A stretch of 64,000 bases of DNA from Ferruginibacter sp. (GTDB taxonomy: Bacteria; Bacteroidota; Bacteroidia; Chitinophagales; Chitinophagaceae). The notes beneath the pieces are model-generated. The model had not been told where the DNA came from. It made no database searches and saw only the letters and a program-made list of their open reading frames with translations. Every line of letters begins with the position of its first letter. The stretch's first letter is position 1. This document shows, one piece after another, positions 59,863 to 64,000 of this stretch. The stretch spans positions 6,577 to 70,576 of the forward strand of contig NZ_JACMOO010000435.1 of assembly GCF_014377975.1 (NCBI RefSeq), written 5' to 3'. Made by a program: the position numbers and the translations under genes.

Positions 59863-61982
59863 CAATTTAAAAATAGTGTTATAACCTGTCCTTTTTTAAA
59901 GGTGGTTCCGGCCGCTAGTGACTGGCTTAATACCCTTCCTCTGCCAGTTGCTGTTACTTTCAATCCTTTGTTCTCCATTAAATACACTGCATCTTTTAAG
60001 CCCATGCCAATTACCGCCGGTATAATGGCAGAAGCAGTAGTTGTATACACCGGTGTATTTAAAACAGCCGTATTATTTTTTATGCTGGTTGACCTCCAGT
60101 AACCGCCTGTTGCCGAATCTTTGTAAGGCAGCTTCAGTGTACTAAAAATTGAACTCCATTCGTTTTTCATGCCATAATAATTGTACTGTGTGGTATCTGC
60201 TGATGGAGTAATAAATTTTTTACTACTTAAAAAACGGCCATAAATACGATCACTTATTTCTTTAAATACAGTACCTGAAACATCTGCTCCATAAACGAGT
60301 TTAGATTCTTTGCTATTTTGAATAACCACTGCCATGGTATATTTGGGCTGACTAGAAGGAAAATAACCAATGAAGGAAGCCTGGTAAATTTTATTGCCTT
60401 TATTGTATCCCTTATTGTTGAGCGCTGTAACTGCGGTACCGGTTTTACCCGAAATAGCGTAAGCACTGTCAAATAAAATTTTATGCCCTGTTCCGTGAAC
60501 ACTATCTACCACTGCACTCAAACACTCTTTTAATTGAACTAGTGTTTCGGCACTGCAAATTTTTTCAACCAGAACCTGCGGATGTATTGTTTTTATATCT
60601 GCACCATATTCCCTTACGGCATTTACCAGGTAGGGCTTCATCATTTTACCATCATTGGCAACGGCATTGTACAACATCAGCATGTGCAGTGGTGTTACCA
60701 GTTCTTCGTATCCATGTGCCATAAAAGGGATAGTTGTATTGGCCCAACTCCGGTTGGAAGGTTTTTTAATCAACGGCTTACCTGATGACGCGGTAATATC
60801 AATTCCTGTGATGGTATCCAAACGCAAATGATGTAAATGTTCAATAAATTTAGAGGGCTGGGTATGATAATACTGATCAGCCATTTTTGCAAAAGCAACG
60901 TTACTACTTGCTGCAAAAGCTTCTTTTACGGTTAACACCTGGTTGGGATGGGTATCATGAATTCTTAATCCGTAAAATTGTTTCATTCCTCCCTCGCAAT
61001 CTACCAGGGAATTGTTGGTGACATATTTATCTTCCAGCAAACTAAGTAATGTAGCCAGTTTAAAAATAGAACCCGGCTCTGTTGCTTTACCAATTCCATA
61101 ATTGAGGTCTTCTGCATACGTACCGTCCGTTTGTTTTCCCAGGTTGGCAATGGCTTTTATTTTACCGGTTGCTGTTTCCATAACAATGGCCGTACCGTGT
61201 AACGAGTTATTGCCCACCATCATTTTCATTAGTGCATTTTCTGCCACATCCTGCATATAGGTATCTAGTGTAGTGATGATGTCTTTACCATTTTCAGGTT
61301 CCAGCTCCGCCCCTTCCACCGGCATATACCCACCGGCAATATAGCGCATCAACCGCTGGCCTGTTTTACCTTTCAGTACACTGTCGTAACTCTGCTCTAT
61401 CCCTACATTTTTTGTTGCATTTTCTCTTGATAAGCCAATGGTTCTATTGGCAAGCAGTAAATAAGGATTGATGCGTTTATCTCTTGGATCAATAATAAAA
61501 CCACTTTTATTTCTCCCCTGTTTTACCAACGGAAATTCACGTAGCTGTGCATATTCTACAAATGATATCTTTTTTTTCAAGGTGTAATAGCGGTCTTTAT
61601 TTTTATAGGCCAGTTGCATTTCCTTTTTATATGCAGCACTTGTTTTGTCTTTAAAAAGCCGGGCTAAATAAATACTCAGCGAATCCACATTGTCTTTAAA
61701 CCGTTTGCCGTTTTTTTCTCTCAATCCATCTGCGCCAAAATCCACATACACATCAAAAATGGGGATAGAAGTGCTCAGCATATTTCCATCTTCACTATAG
61801 ATTGTACCGCGTTCAGCATCCATTGGCATGTATCTTAAATGCAGGCTATCGCCTTTCTTTTTCCAAAAATCACCGTCAATGTGTTGAATAAAAAAAGCCC
61901 TGCCTATAACAACAGCGCCGAGCGCTATCATCAAAATAAAACTGAGGTACACCCTCCATAATATGTCTCTTTTTATATCCAA
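59862..61982 (-). CDS. ftsI: Penicillin-binding protein 3 (transpeptidase with PASTA domain)
   Basis: RGTIYS, EPGSIFK (SxxK), SSN, KTGTA and a C-terminal PASTA domain. Confidence 0.95.
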   Translation of the reverse strand: MDIKRDILWRVYLSFILMIALGAVVIGRAFFIQHIDGDFWKKKGDSLHLRYMPMDAERGTIYSEDGNMLSTSIPIFDVYVDFGADGLREKNGKRFKDNVDSLSIYLARLFKDKTSAAYKKEMQLAYKNKDRYYTLKKKISFVEYAQLREFPLVKQGRNKSGFIIDPRDKRINPYLLLANRTIGLSRENATKNVGIEQSYDSVLKGKTGQRLMRYIAGGYMPVEGAELEPENGKDIITTLDTYMQDVAENALMKMMVGNNSLHGTAIVMETATGKIKAIANLGKQTDGTYAEDLNYGIGKATEPGSIFKLATLLSLLEDKYVTNNSLVDCEGGMKQFYGLRIHDTHPNQVLTVKEAFAASSNVAFAKMADQYYHTQPSKFIEHLHHLRLDTITGIDITASSGKPLIKKPSNRSWANTTIPFMAHGYEELVTPLHMLMLYNAVANDGKMMKPYLVNAVREYGADIKTIHPQVLVEKICSAETLVQLKECLSAVVDSVHGTGHKILFDSAYAISGKTGTAVTALNNKGYNKGNKIYQASFIGYFPSSQPKYTMAVVIQNSKESKLVYGADVSGTVFKEISDRIYGRFLSSKKFITPSADTTQYNYYGMKNEWSSIFSTLKLPYKDSATGGYWRSTSIKNNTAVLNTPVYTTTASAIIPAVIGMGLKDAVYLMENKGLKVTATGRGRVLSQSLAAGTTFKKGQVITLFLN

Positions 61983-62122
61983 AGTACTAATCTCATTTAC
62001 CGATTTTATTATTCATTTTTAAAAGAAAAAATGAAGGTTATAAAAGCGGTCTTTTATAATTTCAAATAATTATTTTCATCTTATCTGTATGTTGTTAACA
62101 CCGTATCCAATTTACAAACCTG

Positions 62123-62470
62123 TTAAGGATTTGTAGCAACAATACTATCCAGCAATATCGGGGCAGTCGTCAATTCTTTTAATCCCAGCGGCTCCACTGC
62201 TTTCACCAGTTCACTTGCCTTGCTTCTAAAAATTACTTCGCTCTTAATCGTTTTGTATTCGTATTCAAGTTCCCGAATGTGTTTTTCTGTTGCACCTATC
62301 TTTCTGGTTATTTTATCTTCATAATGGCCATTGTAGATGTACAACACTGCCAGCACGGCTAAAAATAAAAAGAAGGGAATATTTTTAACCACCCACTGAT
62401 GATTTAAAAACCGCCGCCAGTCTGGCTTACGGTTAACTGGCTGTTCCGGTATTTTTACATCTTCCTGCAA
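62123..62470 (-). CDS. ftsL: FtsL-like cell division protein
   Basis: Single TM helix followed by a coiled coil, between rsmH and ftsI. Confidence 0.85.
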   Translation of the reverse strand: MQEDVKIPEQPVNRKPDWRRFLNHQWVVKNIPFFLFLAVLAVLYIYNGHYEDKITRKIGATEKHIRELEYEYKTIKSEVIFRSKASELVKAVEPLGLKELTTAPILLDSIVATNP

Positions 62471-62539
62471 ACTTCTTTTTTATTTAATTTTTAAATCTGT
62501 TATTCTTACAATCACCAATCAGCTAATAAAAATCATACA

Positions 62540-63496
62540 TCAAACCTGCTGCTTTCTTTCTGCCACTCTAAGTTTAGCACTTCTTGATCTTTTATTTTGC
62601 TTTGTTTCTATTGCCCCAGGCAGTACCGGCTTTTTAGTAATTACCAGCAATGGGCTTTCTGGCCTGCCTCCATAAATATCATCCGCTTCCGAATCTGAAA
62701 AAGTTCCTGCTTTAAAAAAATTCTTTACCAGCCTGTCTTCCAAAGAGTGAAAAGTGATGATGACCGCCCGGCCACCGGGTTTTAATAAAGCGGGAATTTG
62801 TTCGAGTAATTCTTTTAGTGCTCCTAACTCGTCATTTACTTCAATGCGCAGTGCCTGAAATACCTGGGCAAAATATTTTGGAGGAATTCCCTTCACCACC
62901 GATTGCACAGCCTGTTTAAATTCGTTGACGGTTTTAAGAGGTGTTAAAGTCCTTTGCTGAACAATTATTTTGGCCAATGTTTTTGCATTGGTTACTTCTC
63001 CATATTGTTCCAGCATTTTGTGCAACTGCAGTTCGGAAAATGTTTTTAAAATATCTGCTGCGGTTGTTGTTTGACGCTGATCCATCCGCATATCCAAGGC
63101 TGCGTTAAACCTTGTGGAAAAGCCCCGGGCAGCTTCGTCAAACTGGTGACTTGATACACCCAAATCGGCTAATATGCCATCTACCTTTGTTATTTTATGC
63201 AGACGCAAAAAACGTTGCAGGTGGCGAAAATTCTGTGGAACAAAAATCACCCTGTTATCCGCAGGTAAATTTTTGCGTGCATTCTCATCCTGGTCAAATG
63301 CAAACAGTTTTCCCCTTTCATTTAATTGCTGCAAAATAGCACGGCTATGACCTCCGCCTCCAAACGTACAATCCACATAAATACCATCGGGCTTTATTGC
63401 CAAACCGGCTATAGATTCATTCAATAATACCGGCACGTGGTAACCAGCCTCTGAGCTCAATTGATTGTTTGGCAGCTTTTTATTTTCCTGTTCCAT
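62540..63496 (-). CDS. rsmH: 16S rRNA m4C1402 methyltransferase
   Basis: YHVPVLL, DCTFGGGGHS, DLGVSSHQ, FQALRIEVN, FHSLEDR, RSRSAKLR. Confidence 0.97.
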   Translation of the reverse strand: MEQENKKLPNNQLSSEAGYHVPVLLNESIAGLAIKPDGIYVDCTFGGGGHSRAILQQLNERGKLFAFDQDENARKNLPADNRVIFVPQNFRHLQRFLRLHKITKVDGILADLGVSSHQFDEAARGFSTRFNAALDMRMDQRQTTTAADILKTFSELQLHKMLEQYGEVTNAKTLAKIIVQQRTLTPLKTVNEFKQAVQSVVKGIPPKYFAQVFQALRIEVNDELGALKELLEQIPALLKPGGRAVIITFHSLEDRLVKNFFKAGTFSDSEADDIYGGRPESPLLVITKKPVLPGAIETKQNKRSRSAKLRVAERKQQV

Positions 63497-63518
63497 GGCT
63501 TTCAATTAATCAGCATTT

Positions 63519-63977
63519 TTAACTTTCAGATTTTGAGCCCATTACTTCATTGGCCATTATCTTGAACTCCTCTTGTGAAAAAGATTCAAAGAACTCTTTG
63601 TATTTTATTTTATCCCAGATCTCAATTTTATCGCCCACAAATACCAGTACTGCATCCTTTTCCAATTTTGCGTAATTCATTAAATTCTTTGGCAATAGCA
63701 ATCTTCCCGCACTATCCAATTCTACTTTTGATGCGCCATTTAGAAACCGGCGTTTAAAGGCACTTGCCTTACTGTCAAAATCGTTTAATTTGCTGATTTT
63801 TGCATAAAGGGGGTCCCAGCTTTCCATTGGGTACAAACTCAAACAAGAATCCAATCCTCTGTTAATGACAAACTGGTGTGCGCCTTCTTCTGCCAACTGC
63901 TTTTTTAAAGCAGCCGGAACAAGAAACCGCCCTTTGGGGTCTATTGTAACTTCGTATTCACCCAAAAAACCTGTCAT
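63519..63977 (-). CDS. mraZ: Division/cell-wall cluster transcriptional repressor MraZ
   Basis: FLGEY...DPKGR...LDSAGR...IEIW. Confidence 0.96.
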   Translation of the reverse strand: MTGFLGEYEVTIDPKGRFLVPAALKKQLAEEGAHQFVINRGLDSCLSLYPMESWDPLYAKISKLNDFDSKASAFKRRFLNGASKVELDSAGRLLLPKNLMNYAKLEKDAVLVFVGDKIEIWDKIKYKEFFESFSQEEFKIMANEVMGSKSES

Positions 63978-64000
63978 TTATAGCTGAATTATATTTGAAT

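Noticed and set aside
50950-63470. Further possible in-frame palindrome remnants (MurC HVEEGFEGT and N-terminus, MurD NIPGGKV, RsmH SSEAG; also FadN ASPKGE near 27480)
   Set aside because: Too degenerate to distinguish from chance without ortholog alignments.
50-63757. Numerous short antisense or alternate-frame ORFs in the track (e.g. 49649-50200, 29621-30115, 25404-25661, 56891-57106)
   Set aside because: They are shadows of real genes or of repeats, with no motifs or independent start context.

Overview
This is an AT-rich Bacteroidota chromosome window, probably Chitinophagaceae, judging from TAnnTTTG -7 promoters, gene order and protein character. Most of it is housekeeping: capsule export (Wzz-like and SLBB/Wza-like), glyA, uvrA, an ECF sigma factor, dsbD, purQ, an ABC exporter, a FadN-type fatty-acid oxidation enzyme, metG, two kup genes, and a dcw cluster lacking murF (mraZ-rsmH-ftsL-ftsI-murE-mraY-murD-ftsW-murG-murC-ftsQ-ftsA-ftsZ). 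I saw no tRNA, rRNA, integrase, transposase or CRISPR-Cas. Three pseudogenes missed or split by the ORF track can be reconstructed: a polyvalent-protein-type kinase, an NrtR-family regulator and a DUF3806-like gene. The most interesting signals are sub-genic. (1) A GC-rich hairpin-core element sits in frame inside uvrA, fadN, metG (an inverted pair), murC and possibly murG. (2) A ~55-bp intergenic repeat family has five copies and a compensatory base change. (3) The 3' end of a Rieske oxygenase gene is present three times and brackets two accessory cassettes. (4) A 66-69 bp periodic array lies between mraY and murD. (5) A uORF plus a long-range stem sequesters the start codon of an ECF sigma factor that has no adjacent anti-sigma gene. 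All alignments were done by eye and family names come from motif recognition, not database searches.
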